This document shows, piece by piece, positions 29,201 through 37,647 of a stretch of DNA of 64,000 bases; position 1 is the stretch's first letter, and each line of letters opens with the position of its first letter. Origin of the DNA: Bdellovibrio sp. (lineage in GTDB: Bacteria; Bdellovibrionota; Bdellovibrionia; Bdellovibrionales; Bdellovibrionaceae). The translations under genes were made by a program, and so were the position numbers. The DNA is taken from the NCBI GenBank assembly GCA_036676395.1, contig JAKFCY010000002.1, positions 96,001-160,000 of the forward strand, read 5' to 3'. Below the pieces are notes generated by a model. That model did not search any database and was not told the origin of the DNA. It worked only from the letters and a program-made list of their open reading frames with translations.

Positions 29201-30455
29201 GGCTAAAACATATCGTGATTCTGAAGTGAATTATCTTGAATTGAAAGATTTAAATCAAATCAAAGTCGACGATACGGCTAAGGCTCGCAGTTTACTTTTT
29301 AACGGAAAAAGAATTGCGCATTACAAAAACGAAAATGGCACTGATGTCGTGATCGTTGAACAAGCTCAAATTCAAGCGACAGATCCTAAAGGCACACTTC
29401 AAGTGGATGTAAAAGCTTTAGAATATTTTAGTAATAACAACACCGACTTAAAAGTCATTAAAGAAGCTGATATCAAGGGTCATGTTGTTTACGACGGGCA
29501 AAAAACTGATTTTCAATTGAATGCGAAAAACATTAAATTCGTTAATAATACCTCTACGGATGGTCAAACGACGGTTCGCTACTTCGGTATCGAGCCCACG
29601 GCTGACGACTCACATGTCGAATTAAAAATTGATCACAAGCCAATCACGATCGAATTAAAAGGAAAAAGTGTCGGCGTTCAATTGATCACCGATAAATCAA
29701 TGGCAAGATATACTTTTATCGGTCAATCAAATGGTGGCGACAAATTTAAAATTAAAGCTGGTCCACTCGAAATAAATGGTAAAAATAGAAACGGAAATTC
29801 GCAAGTTCTGTTGAACATGACGGCGATTGGTACTCAGCACCAAGTTTTACTAGAACAAGTGGCTGGTCTAACCAATGAAATGCCGCTTACGAAGAATTTA
29901 TCGTACAATAAAGAAGGTTTTTTAAAATTTCAAGTTTGGATCACAAAATCAACAGCGATCAAAGTGTCATACAGTGGTACGCTGCCAGGACAGGAATCTA
30001 GTAAATTCACTTACAATAATACTGCAAGCTCATTGATCTTATCAGTTGTTCGAAAAATGAAATCCGAAACAAGATACGGAATCGATTTCGGTCTTTTAGG
30101 TGCTTCAGCGGCCGAGATGACCGCAAACGATCGTTGTGCGATGAAACTGTACAATCAGTGTTTGGGTAATCGTATGTTGATCCCCATGACCGCATATGTG
30201 GGTATGAATCGCTGTAAAGTCAAAAACGGTAGAACAGTTTGTACAGATGTAGGCGCGACTTATGATCTAACAACTTCGATGATACAAGACGCCGCCAAAG
30301 ATGCTCCGGGTCGCATGCAGGGTCGAACGGCCGGGGGAGCGAATCTTGTATTAGGTACTTCTTTCGTAACCAAGGGCGGAGTCGCGAACACACTTAGCAT
30401 AACCGCGGGCGAGTTGAATGGATTTTTATATAAGCTTTATGTTCCGTTGAAGTAG
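26253..30455 (+). CDS. Large secreted beta-strand-rich hypothetical protein
   Basis: 1400-aa ORF, signal peptide (VFA-ASR), helical N-terminus, long run of amphipathic beta-strand patterns, four Cys near the C-terminus. Confidence 0.8.
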   Translation: MTKTYMTRVLAFLFIFTNNAGVFAASRQEPTLKNGLSKYFTLSPEIIDVLTERYNTVASNIQDGSPNIQNTDKLLTEILNGADQQKISDLVMPILTNGSLDPKALETQIPQLIQRISQNLPAEQINRLRDPQFAETIKQQLIQTVTKALEDKGFTLNQTSGKYGLTFNGFEIKGMKFSLSADRRFIIIDNFKITRGDTTITSDRVTIDRSQLQNGKVATLDAVNLNVKNKDNNISFGWSQLSAGRDSQSKVSSLKVVSSQINITENGMTKFATKKGPTGLEAIHTSIELLPSNGVKLSLNTEVGFDFNRNPLAPQKDLRVETMGGSLLSAELNLNSQAANVTYKFQNESDLKVFDPIRGQNVVLAGNSEIKAIENRSTTNGQTMTIDYVLETDQILVDSYKKGEKIVIQGASVNMQDNKIGQFTQGNVAIDYASKKNSLKEYQIYNAVYHFKEDATLKTENLKSDKAIYISDKGTIQIAGNIAFQQTTNKKNGENASYLSGDKVTYYKEDKWTSVFYNVEATTTKYADKSEKSYLTAHNGVLNSNDTQVKLNGLTHLVKETTDNKQTTKYSLVNESVLSGEQDKNGHRQLFSLAHADIQSLEAKTSSSKATHFTLKGDDFYFEDQSKGQTITSKNISIISNKTETTDDTTENYAVELGETLLKDLNKGKNDYVLISSTVLYEKSAKAQEQKGSILVKDLTGEVEGYKLSFKINKPEDALQGKTVDIYFNKSKQLEYYSIKNEHGIIAAEKDGKKIVWTGGSIDVYKDGEVKLSNITGTEMMVSDDKFAGHIKIGQASALETATTQSLKAANVSVDGKSNKGELGTISFGDLEILKGSGIQNLSATKFSALLSKLDSKDNQSVAITSDGIEAAQVDGVSRGMTITNGGIIGTDNNKGQNVKLNFSNFAGSENIADKSKGLTIEQAKISFSEQSSAQQLIGDLTIGKVVSFANKEKDTSIIEISDMKLLVVDANKNTSLSGSIGWAKTYRDSEVNYLELKDLNQIKVDDTAKARSLLFNGKRIAHYKNENGTDVVIVEQAQIQATDPKGTLQVDVKALEYFSNNNTDLKVIKEADIKGHVVYDGQKTDFQLNAKNIKFVNNTSTDGQTTVRYFGIEPTADDSHVELKIDHKPITIELKGKSVGVQLITDKSMARYTFIGQSNGGDKFKIKAGPLEINGKNRNGNSQVLLNMTAIGTQHQVLLEQVAGLTNEMPLTKNLSYNKEGFLKFQVWITKSTAIKVSYSGTLPGQESSKFTYNNTASSLILSVVRKMKSETRYGIDFGLLGASAAEMTANDRCAMKLYNQCLGNRMLIPMTAYVGMNRCKVKNGRTVCTDVGATYDLTTSMIQDAAKDAPGRMQGRTAGGANLVLGTSFVTKGGVANTLSITAGELNGFLYKLYVPLK

Positions 30456-30561
30456 GAGCCTGTAAATAAACCTGGCAGGCTAGCTTACATTTGTTGTAAG
30501 TCCAATTAAATATTAAGCCATCTGCCTACCATTTTTTAAATACGTAGTCTATACTTCTTAA

Positions 30562-32505
30562 ATGCTACATATCGATAACTTATTAGCAAAATCATACGCC
30601 GATAAAGACTATTCTGATCAGGTTCAGTGGTTGGTCAATATTTTTACGTGGCTAAGATTACCACGAGATGTTGAAAATTTAAAAATTACCCGAGAGCGCG
30701 TTTATTCAATTCGTATTAAGTATTTACTGTTTTTGTTATCACGCAATCCAGAATGGCAAAGAAATTTTGTTTCAACCGTAACTGCTATCATGCAGACGAT
30801 GTCATCAGTAAGTATCTTCACCGATGTAGGTATGTCTTTGAATTTCAGCTTTATTCAGGATTTCATTCGTCGTCTTGAAGAAAAAATTCTTCCGCAAAGT
30901 GCATTGACCGAAAACCTATCAAGCTTACTTTTGGAAGTTTTTCCGGATGAAGACGAAAGTCTTCTGGTTGATGGAATTGATGAAGAAGTTTTTGCAGCGT
31001 TATTGGCCTTGTTTCAAAATGAAGGGCGCTTAATTGGCCTTCTTAGAGATAATATTTTCTTATCTTTACATGTTCTGACGACTCAGTTGCTGTCGAATGC
31101 TTTTTCTGTTCAAAGAGAAATCGAAGGAGCTATCAAAGACAGTAAAGGCTTACCAGAAGCCAGACTACAGGAATTAGTATCGCAGAATAAAATTGAAGCT
31201 GTGCAGTCAGTGTTGCCAGAAATGTTTGCTTGCCTTGGTGCTAGTGAGAAGTTGCAGCAGCATTACTATAATTTAATGCAGGACAAAGGCATTAAAGTTG
31301 ACTGCGTTTTTCTTCTCGAATCTCAGAGACGAAGAATAGACAGGATCAGAATTTTATTGAATCTTCTCAATACGACCCAGCCGGTGGCTAAGTCAGTGCG
31401 GTTATTTATTTCGACACTGATTTTGGATATTCATCATCAAAAAAGTTTACGATCATTTTTTGCAGAGAATATGAATCTTTTAACTCAAAGAATTGTCAGT
31501 CGCAATTCTGACGTGGGTGAACATTACGTCACTACAACGTGGAGCGAGTTTAGAAGAATGTACAATTCAGCCGTAGGTGGCGGAGCTGTTACATCGGCTA
31601 CTGTGTTTTTAAAATTGGTTATTTCTTCAATCGGTATAGCGGGTTTTGCCAAGGGCTTGCTTGATAGTCTGAATTACTCTTTTAGTTTTCTTTTTATTCA
31701 AAGTCTTGGGTGCACACTGGCAACAAAACAACCTTCTGCTACGGCACCTTACTTAGCGCAGTCACTTAAACAATCGGTGTTAGAATCGCGAAAGGCTGTC
31801 ATTGCCATTCTGCGCACACAGTTTATCGCTGTTCTTGGAAATTTAACTTTGGTTTTTCCGATTTGTTTTTTTGTATCCTGGATTTTTATGTATTTTGGAA
31901 GCCCGATAATGTCGGTTTCAGAGGGCATGGCTGCCATAAGTTCTACAGATATTCTAGGGCCGTCTCCGATTTTTGCGATATTCACAGGTTTTCTTTTATT
32001 TATATCAAGTCTAATTGCTGGCTGGGTTGATAATTGGATGGCGATTCATAATGTTCCAGAAAGAGTGGCAAATCATCAAGGTATGCTTGGCTTTCTTGGA
32101 AAAGTCAGAACTAAAAAGTTTTCTTTAGTTCTTAAAAATAGTACAAACCCGTACGCAGCCAGTATCAGTCTTGGGTTTTTACTGGGTTTAGCGCCGCAGT
32201 TTATTAAATTTATGGGACTACCTTTAGAGGCACGGCACATCACTTTATCGACAGGTAATTTTGCAGCCGGCCTGCCGGTGGTGTTAGGTCAGCTTGAGGG
32301 GTTTGCGCTTGTGAACTCTATATCTGGCTTGTTATTGATCGGTATACTGAATATCGGTGTTAGCTTTGGATTGGCGCTTATGTTGGCGGCGATTTCGTCT
32401 AAAGTTAGAATCTCACTTTTGCTTAATTTACTTAAGTGGGCGGTAAAACTTATTATCATTAAGCCCTGGCTGTTAATCGTTCCCGAAAAGCCTGATGGGC
32501 AGTAG
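30562..32505 (+). CDS. Gcr-like multi-pass membrane protein (PF10136, annotated 'site-specific recombinase')
   Basis: GEHYVT, SAVGGG, LNYSFSF, TLATKQP, QFIAVLGN, LEARHITLSTG match this family; many TM helices. Confidence 0.85.
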   Translation: MLHIDNLLAKSYADKDYSDQVQWLVNIFTWLRLPRDVENLKITRERVYSIRIKYLLFLLSRNPEWQRNFVSTVTAIMQTMSSVSIFTDVGMSLNFSFIQDFIRRLEEKILPQSALTENLSSLLLEVFPDEDESLLVDGIDEEVFAALLALFQNEGRLIGLLRDNIFLSLHVLTTQLLSNAFSVQREIEGAIKDSKGLPEARLQELVSQNKIEAVQSVLPEMFACLGASEKLQQHYYNLMQDKGIKVDCVFLLESQRRRIDRIRILLNLLNTTQPVAKSVRLFISTLILDIHHQKSLRSFFAENMNLLTQRIVSRNSDVGEHYVTTTWSEFRRMYNSAVGGGAVTSATVFLKLVISSIGIAGFAKGLLDSLNYSFSFLFIQSLGCTLATKQPSATAPYLAQSLKQSVLESRKAVIAILRTQFIAVLGNLTLVFPICFFVSWIFMYFGSPIMSVSEGMAAISSTDILGPSPIFAIFTGFLLFISSLIAGWVDNWMAIHNVPERVANHQGMLGFLGKVRTKKFSLVLKNSTNPYAASISLGFLLGLAPQFIKFMGLPLEARHITLSTGNFAAGLPVVLGQLEGFALVNSISGLLLIGILNIGVSFGLALMLAAISSKVRISLLLNLLKWAVKLIIIKPWLLIVPEKPDGQ

Positions 32506-32526
32506 GTCTTCCTACAAACCAATTAT

Positions 32527-33033
32527 CTAAAGAACTTTATCTAAGATAAACAGGCCGCGCTTGAAATTGTTTTCGACGATTTTGATTTCAGCTTTTAAGT
32601 GGTATTGATTTATTTGCGAAGAATTTTTAATCAATTCAAGTAGGTTCATTTCGTCTCTGTGAGGACCAAGAATAAGACGGTCTGCGTTTAGAAAATTATT
32701 TTTTGCTAAACCATCTAATATTTTAAAAACAGTCGAGCCGCCGACGCCGGTAATACAAACGGTTCCGGTTACATTTAAATTGAGATCTTGTCCAGCAGCG
32801 CAAATGAAAGTGGCTTTCACTGCAGAATCAGCTTTAAAAACAGATTTATGAAATTGGATTTTTAGTCTTTCCATTATCTCGGGTACGCGATCGACAAAGT
32901 AAATATGGGTAAAGTTTGCATTTTTGTAGGCTGTTTTTCCGAGATAGCCATGATCGCAGCAGATATCCCAGACATCTTTTTCTGGAAGCAGATTTTCATA
33001 CACGGTTGTTAAGCGCTCGGACAGTTTAATCAT
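32527..33033 (-). CDS. trmK: tRNA (adenine22-N1)-methyltransferase TrmK-like protein
   Basis: KLSERL, WDICCDHGYLG, ITGVGG. Confidence 0.8.
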   Translation of the reverse strand: MIKLSERLTTVYENLLPEKDVWDICCDHGYLGKTAYKNANFTHIYFVDRVPEIMERLKIQFHKSVFKADSAVKATFICAAGQDLNLNVTGTVCITGVGGSTVFKILDGLAKNNFLNADRLILGPHRDEMNLLELIKNSSQINQYHLKAEIKIVENNFKRGLFILDKVL

Positions 33034-33073
33034 AGGATTTTGTTATCGTATTAGAGCGCGTTGTTATTGGCAA

Positions 33074-33592
33074 TCAAGACCTGAGGTAAGATTTGCCACT
33101 GCCTTGAAGAGCAGAAATTGGGCCTGCGCTTTCATGATCATCGAGATGATTAATAACAGCTTTAACTCCCGGAACGCGCTTTACGCACTGAACGAGTTTA
33201 TCAACTTCAGCACTAAGAATTGGACCACTTAAAGTTACTGCTCCATTATTTGCTTTCACCTTAACCGCTTTAGCATGGCGGATTTTTCGCCCAAACTCAG
33301 ATCTGACTCGATTGATAAGTGTTTCATCATCAGCATCTTTGTTTTCTGTCAGGTGGGTGGCCTGGGCGATGATTCCTTTACCTCGATTTTTTAAATCTCG
33401 ATAGAGTTTGCCTCCATAATAATTAGCTTGATTGGCTAAGTGTGTGCCCTTGTCGCGAACGAGGGATCTTCTATATCTTCCGCGAGAGGGATCTAAGAAA
33501 TACGCGCAGACTCCGCCCATGGCGAATCCGGCTAGAAGCCATGTCCAAGGTTTTACATTTAAAAATTTTGAGTTTTGTTTTTCTTGTTTCAT
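33074..33592 (-). CDS. BON domain membrane protein
   Basis: YFLDPSRGRYRRSLVRDK after a TM helix; BON motif DETLINRVRSE...GAVTLSG...VPGVKAVINHL. Confidence 0.88.
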   Translation of the reverse strand: MKQEKQNSKFLNVKPWTWLLAGFAMGGVCAYFLDPSRGRYRRSLVRDKGTHLANQANYYGGKLYRDLKNRGKGIIAQATHLTENKDADDETLINRVRSEFGRKIRHAKAVKVKANNGAVTLSGPILSAEVDKLVQCVKRVPGVKAVINHLDDHESAGPISALQGSGKSYLRS

Positions 33593-33669
33593 TGTTTGCT
33601 CTCACTAGAGGTTTCATCGTCAGTTTGGGTACGCTTACGATATTTATCGCAGCGTCATAAAATTCATAA

Positions 33670-33717
33670 AGCAGATGGCATGCCAAATTTAATTTTATTG
33701 GTGGTTTTAAAATTGCA
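33670..33717. promoter_or_regulatory. Back-to-back divergent sigma-54 promoters for the BON and csp3-like genes
   Basis: Minus strand TGGCATGCCATCTGCT (33685-33670) and plus strand TGGTTTTAAAATTGCA (33702-33717); both GG-N10-GC. Confidence 0.65.
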
Positions 33718-33761
33718 TAAATATTGTATTTTAATTTTTTAAAATTCTTAAGGAGGTTATT

Positions 33762-34157
33762 ATGCAAGCGCAAACAAACTTTGAGGCTCTAACGAAAAAT
33801 TTTGCAAAAACGTTTGGTGGATTCACTGAAGAAATTCAATCTTGCATTGATATTTGTCTTCTGTGTCACAAAGCATGCGAGGAAATTATTCCTTACTGTC
33901 TAGAAAAAGGCGGGTCACATGCGGAGCGCAAACATATCGAATTACTTTTGACCTGTTCAGATATATGTCGCACCTCTGCACACGCCATGATGTGGCATTC
34001 AGAATTTCACTCAAAGGTGTGTGAACTTTGTGCCAGTGTTTGCGCAAAATGCGCCGAAGATTGTGAAACGATGAGCGCAGATGAAGCCATGAGACTTTGT
34101 GCAGAAATATGTCGCGAGTGCGAACAAAGCTGCAGAAAAATGGCTACTAAACATTAG
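33762..34157 (+). CDS. Four-helix-bundle copper storage protein (Csp3/DUF326-like)
   Basis: 16 Cys in repeated CxxC/CxxxC patterns, no signal peptide, GGAGG RBS. Confidence 0.88.
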   Translation: MQAQTNFEALTKNFAKTFGGFTEEIQSCIDICLLCHKACEEIIPYCLEKGGSHAERKHIELLLTCSDICRTSAHAMMWHSEFHSKVCELCASVCAKCAEDCETMSADEAMRLCAEICRECEQSCRKMATKH

Positions 34158-34171
34158 GCGATCCGCTTAAT

Positions 34172-34873
34172 TTACGGATTTATTTTTCGCTCAGCAAAGT
34201 TAGCTAAAATATCAGAGTATTTATTTAACTCTAGAATTTCATCGTGGCTTCCACCTAGATCCGGGTGAAAAATTCGGGCTAATTTTTTCTTAGCTGTGCC
34301 TATGACTTCTGAATTTAGGCTATCTCTAAGTTCAAAGCCATTTTGTGAGAAATATTGTAAAGCTTTTTCAACTTCGCGTGGAAATTCGACTTCTTTAGGT
34401 TGTTCGCCTTTAAGTTTTTTATACTGATTTAGGCGCAGCTTTTGTTTTTGATATTGTATTTTGCGGTAAAGAGTTTGTTTTTCTTTGTAGGCTTCTTGGG
34501 CGGCTTCGCGTGCCTGTGATTGGGCGGTTGGTTTAGCTTTTTCTGCAGTTTTAGCAATAGCTTCGATTTTTTGTATTTCTGTTTTTTCTGCGAAAAAATC
34601 TGGATTTTTGAGTTCTGTAGCTAACAGCGCTGCCCAGATGTGTTTGCAGTATAAACCTTTTTTACCAGCAGGGCAGTTGCAATCAACAGTTAGCGTGTCA
34701 CTAGATACTGACTTTGTTTTTAAAACGACTTTTAACGGGGACGATACGCGAATAAAGACGATAACTTCAGTATCAGAGGGTTGGGCCACCGAGGTTTTGC
34801 CTTGGCTAAATAGAGTGCGGCCGCTTGAACGGACTTCGGGTTTAAAAAAATGCTCCCAAATTTGAACTGACAT
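34172..34873 (-). CDS. SWIM zinc finger + J-domain-like protein
   Basis: CNCPAGKKGLYCKHIWA (SWIM) and KKLARIFHPDLGG (HPD motif). Confidence 0.75.
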   Translation of the reverse strand: MSVQIWEHFFKPEVRSSGRTLFSQGKTSVAQPSDTEVIVFIRVSSPLKVVLKTKSVSSDTLTVDCNCPAGKKGLYCKHIWAALLATELKNPDFFAEKTEIQKIEAIAKTAEKAKPTAQSQAREAAQEAYKEKQTLYRKIQYQKQKLRLNQYKKLKGEQPKEVEFPREVEKALQYFSQNGFELRDSLNSEVIGTAKKKLARIFHPDLGGSHDEILELNKYSDILANFAERKINP

Positions 34874-35061
34874 GCCGGATACCTCTTAGGCAAAGATACA
34901 AAAAATTAGGCTTAAGAACAAGCTGTATGGCTAGAGCTTCGCTTTTCAGAGTCTCATAATGGGACGTGAACTTAGTAGTGTGACGAAAACTCCATCAAGA
35001 GTTTTAACAATATTACGATATCTGCATCATGATGTGTGACATTAATGCCGTATAGTTAAGT

Positions 35062-35691
35062 GTGCTCGTTAACTATCGCAAATCAGTTTGGTGTTCGTTT
35101 TTTATAGCAATGCTGCTGTGGTGTAACGATAGTGTTGCCAGACCACCTCAATTTTCAAATCCTATGGTTCACAGGTTTAATTACGGATTATTAGGTTTAT
35201 TTGGCCAAGGACAAATGGGAAATGCAAAGGCAAATTCGCCGTATCGAAATATGGATTTTACAACTTATCAAGCTTTTCTGGGGTTTAGAAGTTCTAATTA
35301 TAGATTTTCAGCTGCAGCTGAATACTCGTATGCAGCTCAGAAAACTAACGTGGAGGCCGTAGCCAACACGAATCTAACAGGACAAAGCTTCTCTTATGGT
35401 CCAAAAATCGAATATTATGATGGCAAAGAAAGCATTGGTTTTATCTACCGCCTAAGCAGTAACTTCAACTTGAACAAATTAGACGCGAATAATAATAAAC
35501 AGTATTACGCTTCAAAAACAGGAATTAATATCCAATACACCCGCCGTATAAAAAATAATTTAGGAATTGTTATAGATTATGCGCGTGAAGAGTACGGCAA
35601 AAGTTTACCCGATAAAATTAAATGGGACCGGATAAGTATTGGATTCATTTTTTCTAATTTTGATAAATATCCGTTTCCATTACCTAATTGA
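35062..35691 (+). CDS. Hypothetical exported protein, probable small outer-membrane beta-barrel
   Basis: Signal-like N-terminus and alternating aromatic/polar strands (GIVIDY, ISIGFIF). Confidence 0.6.
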   Translation: MLVNYRKSVWCSFFIAMLLWCNDSVARPPQFSNPMVHRFNYGLLGLFGQGQMGNAKANSPYRNMDFTTYQAFLGFRSSNYRFSAAAEYSYAAQKTNVEAVANTNLTGQSFSYGPKIEYYDGKESIGFIYRLSSNFNLNKLDANNNKQYYASKTGINIQYTRRIKNNLGIVIDYAREEYGKSLPDKIKWDRISIGFIFSNFDKYPFPLPN

Positions 35692-36532
35692 AATCTTCGT
35701 TGATATTGAATTTCAGGCGTTCAGCATTGCAGTGAAACTCAATTTCACACGAGCGCAATGCAATCGCGTTTGTTTGAAAAGGTGATTTTGCGCCATACAG
35801 TGAATCTCCAAGTATGGGCGCCTGCATATGCGATAGCTGCGATCTAATCTGGTGGGTGCGGCCAGTCAGTAAATTAATTTTGGCCCAGCTTAGATTGGGC
35901 GAAATTTCTTTTTGCTCTAAAATTTCTAATTCGCAAATCGCCCAGCCTTCAATTGCCGTGTCTGATAATTTTTTAGGGCTTCCGGGCGCTGGATTCATAT
36001 AATGTGTTAGCCGTGCTGCAAGCTTATTAGAGCTTTCGATTAAGGCCACGTATTTTTTACGAATGGTTCTTTCTTGCAGTTGAAGATTAAAACTTTTTGT
36101 AAACGATTGTTTTTTTGCATAGACGATTAAGCCCGAAGTTAAAGTATCAAGGCGATGGGTTACAAAAAGAGGAATTTTACGGGCAAGGCTTGTTTGGGTC
36201 AGCGAATTCTCAAGGGCATTATCGCTTGTCGGGTGGCTGGGGATACCTGAGGGTTTATTTAAGACTAAGCAAAAGTCATTTTCAAAAACGATTAAAGATT
36301 TCCAAAGGTAATTGCAATTGTATCTGCGCGGTTTCAAATGCACCCGCAAAGTCGATTTCTGAAAGACAAAGCCATCTTTGGTTTGTCGTTCGTTGTTCAC
36401 GTAAATAGCGCCAAGGTCGATCAGCTTTTTGAAATCTGCCGAGGTTACAGAATATTCGTCGTAAAGAATTTCGCTTAATAAATTTGTGTGTTGAACATCG
36501 AAATGTCTAACGCCGTCATCAGGGTTGCTCAT
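35684..36532 (-). CDS. RluA-family pseudouridine synthase
   Basis: LNKPSG, HRLDTLTSG, TGRTHQIR, PILGDSLYG. Confidence 0.93.
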   Translation of the reverse strand: MSNPDDGVRHFDVQHTNLLSEILYDEYSVTSADFKKLIDLGAIYVNNERQTKDGFVFQKSTLRVHLKPRRYNCNYLWKSLIVFENDFCLVLNKPSGIPSHPTSDNALENSLTQTSLARKIPLFVTHRLDTLTSGLIVYAKKQSFTKSFNLQLQERTIRKKYVALIESSNKLAARLTHYMNPAPGSPKKLSDTAIEGWAICELEILEQKEISPNLSWAKINLLTGRTHQIRSQLSHMQAPILGDSLYGAKSPFQTNAIALRSCEIEFHCNAERLKFNINEDFN

Positions 36533-36542
36533 TGATTAATAT

Positions 36543-36926
36543 TTAATTTTTAAAAATGCTTTTATCGTAATAATACTGTGGCTCGATATAAATATCGACG
36601 CAACATTCTTTAGAATACTGGACGCCGATTTCTTTATTATGAATTGTATCTTCGGGTTCTGGGTTGAACAGAACCATTTCAGATTCAAATTCAGGATTTG
36701 TGCAGTTTGGATCTAAAAAGGTAAAAAGCATAACCGGCACATTGCCAAGATCAGTCACTTCTTTGAAATAAAGCGGGCTATCAGTTTTTAATGTCAGATT
36801 TTCATCAAACGGAATATCATAAGCTACTGAATATTTGGTTTCAGCTTCTAATTCATCCCATGTAAGTACATCGGCTAAAACTGTCGTAGAAAATACAAAA
36901 CTAAAAAGCAGTATAATTTTATTCAT
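36543..36926 (-). CDS. Secreted hypothetical protein
   Basis: Signal peptide from MNKIILL (start set at 36926); acidic mature part. Confidence 0.65.
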   Translation of the reverse strand: MNKIILLFSFVFSTTVLADVLTWDELEAETKYSVAYDIPFDENLTLKTDSPLYFKEVTDLGNVPVMLFTFLDPNCTNPEFESEMVLFNPEPEDTIHNKEIGVQYSKECCVDIYIEPQYYYDKSIFKN

Positions 36927-36981
36927 ACAATGATCATAACCAAAGCTTAAATCTACATACAAGAATTTCTTTAGTGGCCTT

Positions 36982-36997
36982 TGGACTTAGTCTTGCT
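36982..36997 (+). promoter_or_regulatory. Candidate sigma-54 promoter of the DUF4142 gene
   Basis: TGGACTTAGTCTTGCT = GG-N10-GC, about 30 bp before the ATG. Confidence 0.55.
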
Positions 36998-37028
36998 GTA
37001 AGCTGAAAGAATTATTGAAGAGGTGTTT

Positions 37029-37604
37029 ATGAAATTAAAATACGTTATGGCGGCTTTGATCTCTGTTCTACTTATAGCGTCATGCCAAACGCCCCAAAAC
37101 AGCGACAGTGTTGTGAATGCAAAGATTGATTCGGTAAATACGGCACTTGAAAAAATCAGCCCTGCAAATACTAATTTTTTGATTTTAATGATTGATGCGC
37201 GGTTGATGAATCTTGCTACTGCTGAGCTTGCAGAAAAAAAGGGAACAACTAAGGCAATCAAAGATTACGGTCGTCAAATGCTTATGGATCAAGAAATTCT
37301 TATAGAAGAAATTCGCAGTTTAGCTCAAATGAATAGCGTGGCACTACCCAACGAAATCAGTGATGAAAAAAAAGCTCAACTGAATGAGCTCAGTAAATTA
37401 ACCGGGCGCAAATTTGATAAACGATTTCTGACGTTAAGTGCGCAAGATCATGAACGCGATATTAAAAGCTTTCGTGAAGTAAAAGCTAGCGCGGGCTATA
37501 CGAACGATCCTGCACTAGAAATTTATGCCAAAACACGGCTGCCAATGATCGAAGGGCATTTATCGCAAGTTCATAGATTGCTAAAAAAACGCAATTATAG
37601 ATAA
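37029..37604 (+). CDS. DUF4142 family lipoprotein (ferritin-like fold)
   Basis: Lipobox IASC; AELAEKK...IKDYGRQMLMD, GRKFDKRFL...DHERDI, LPMIEGHL. Confidence 0.85.
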   Translation: MKLKYVMAALISVLLIASCQTPQNSDSVVNAKIDSVNTALEKISPANTNFLILMIDARLMNLATAELAEKKGTTKAIKDYGRQMLMDQEILIEEIRSLAQMNSVALPNEISDEKKAQLNELSKLTGRKFDKRFLTLSAQDHERDIKSFREVKASAGYTNDPALEIYAKTRLPMIEGHLSQVHRLLKKRNYR

Positions 37605-37647
37605 ACTTATCTGTATTTAAATTTTTATTCGAATTTATGAGGAATTT

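Noticed and set aside
30562..32505. 'Site-specific recombinase' downstream of a tRNA as a genomic-island integrase
   Set aside because: It is a multi-pass membrane protein of the Gcr/PF10136 type with no visible tyrosine- or serine-recombinase catalytic motifs.
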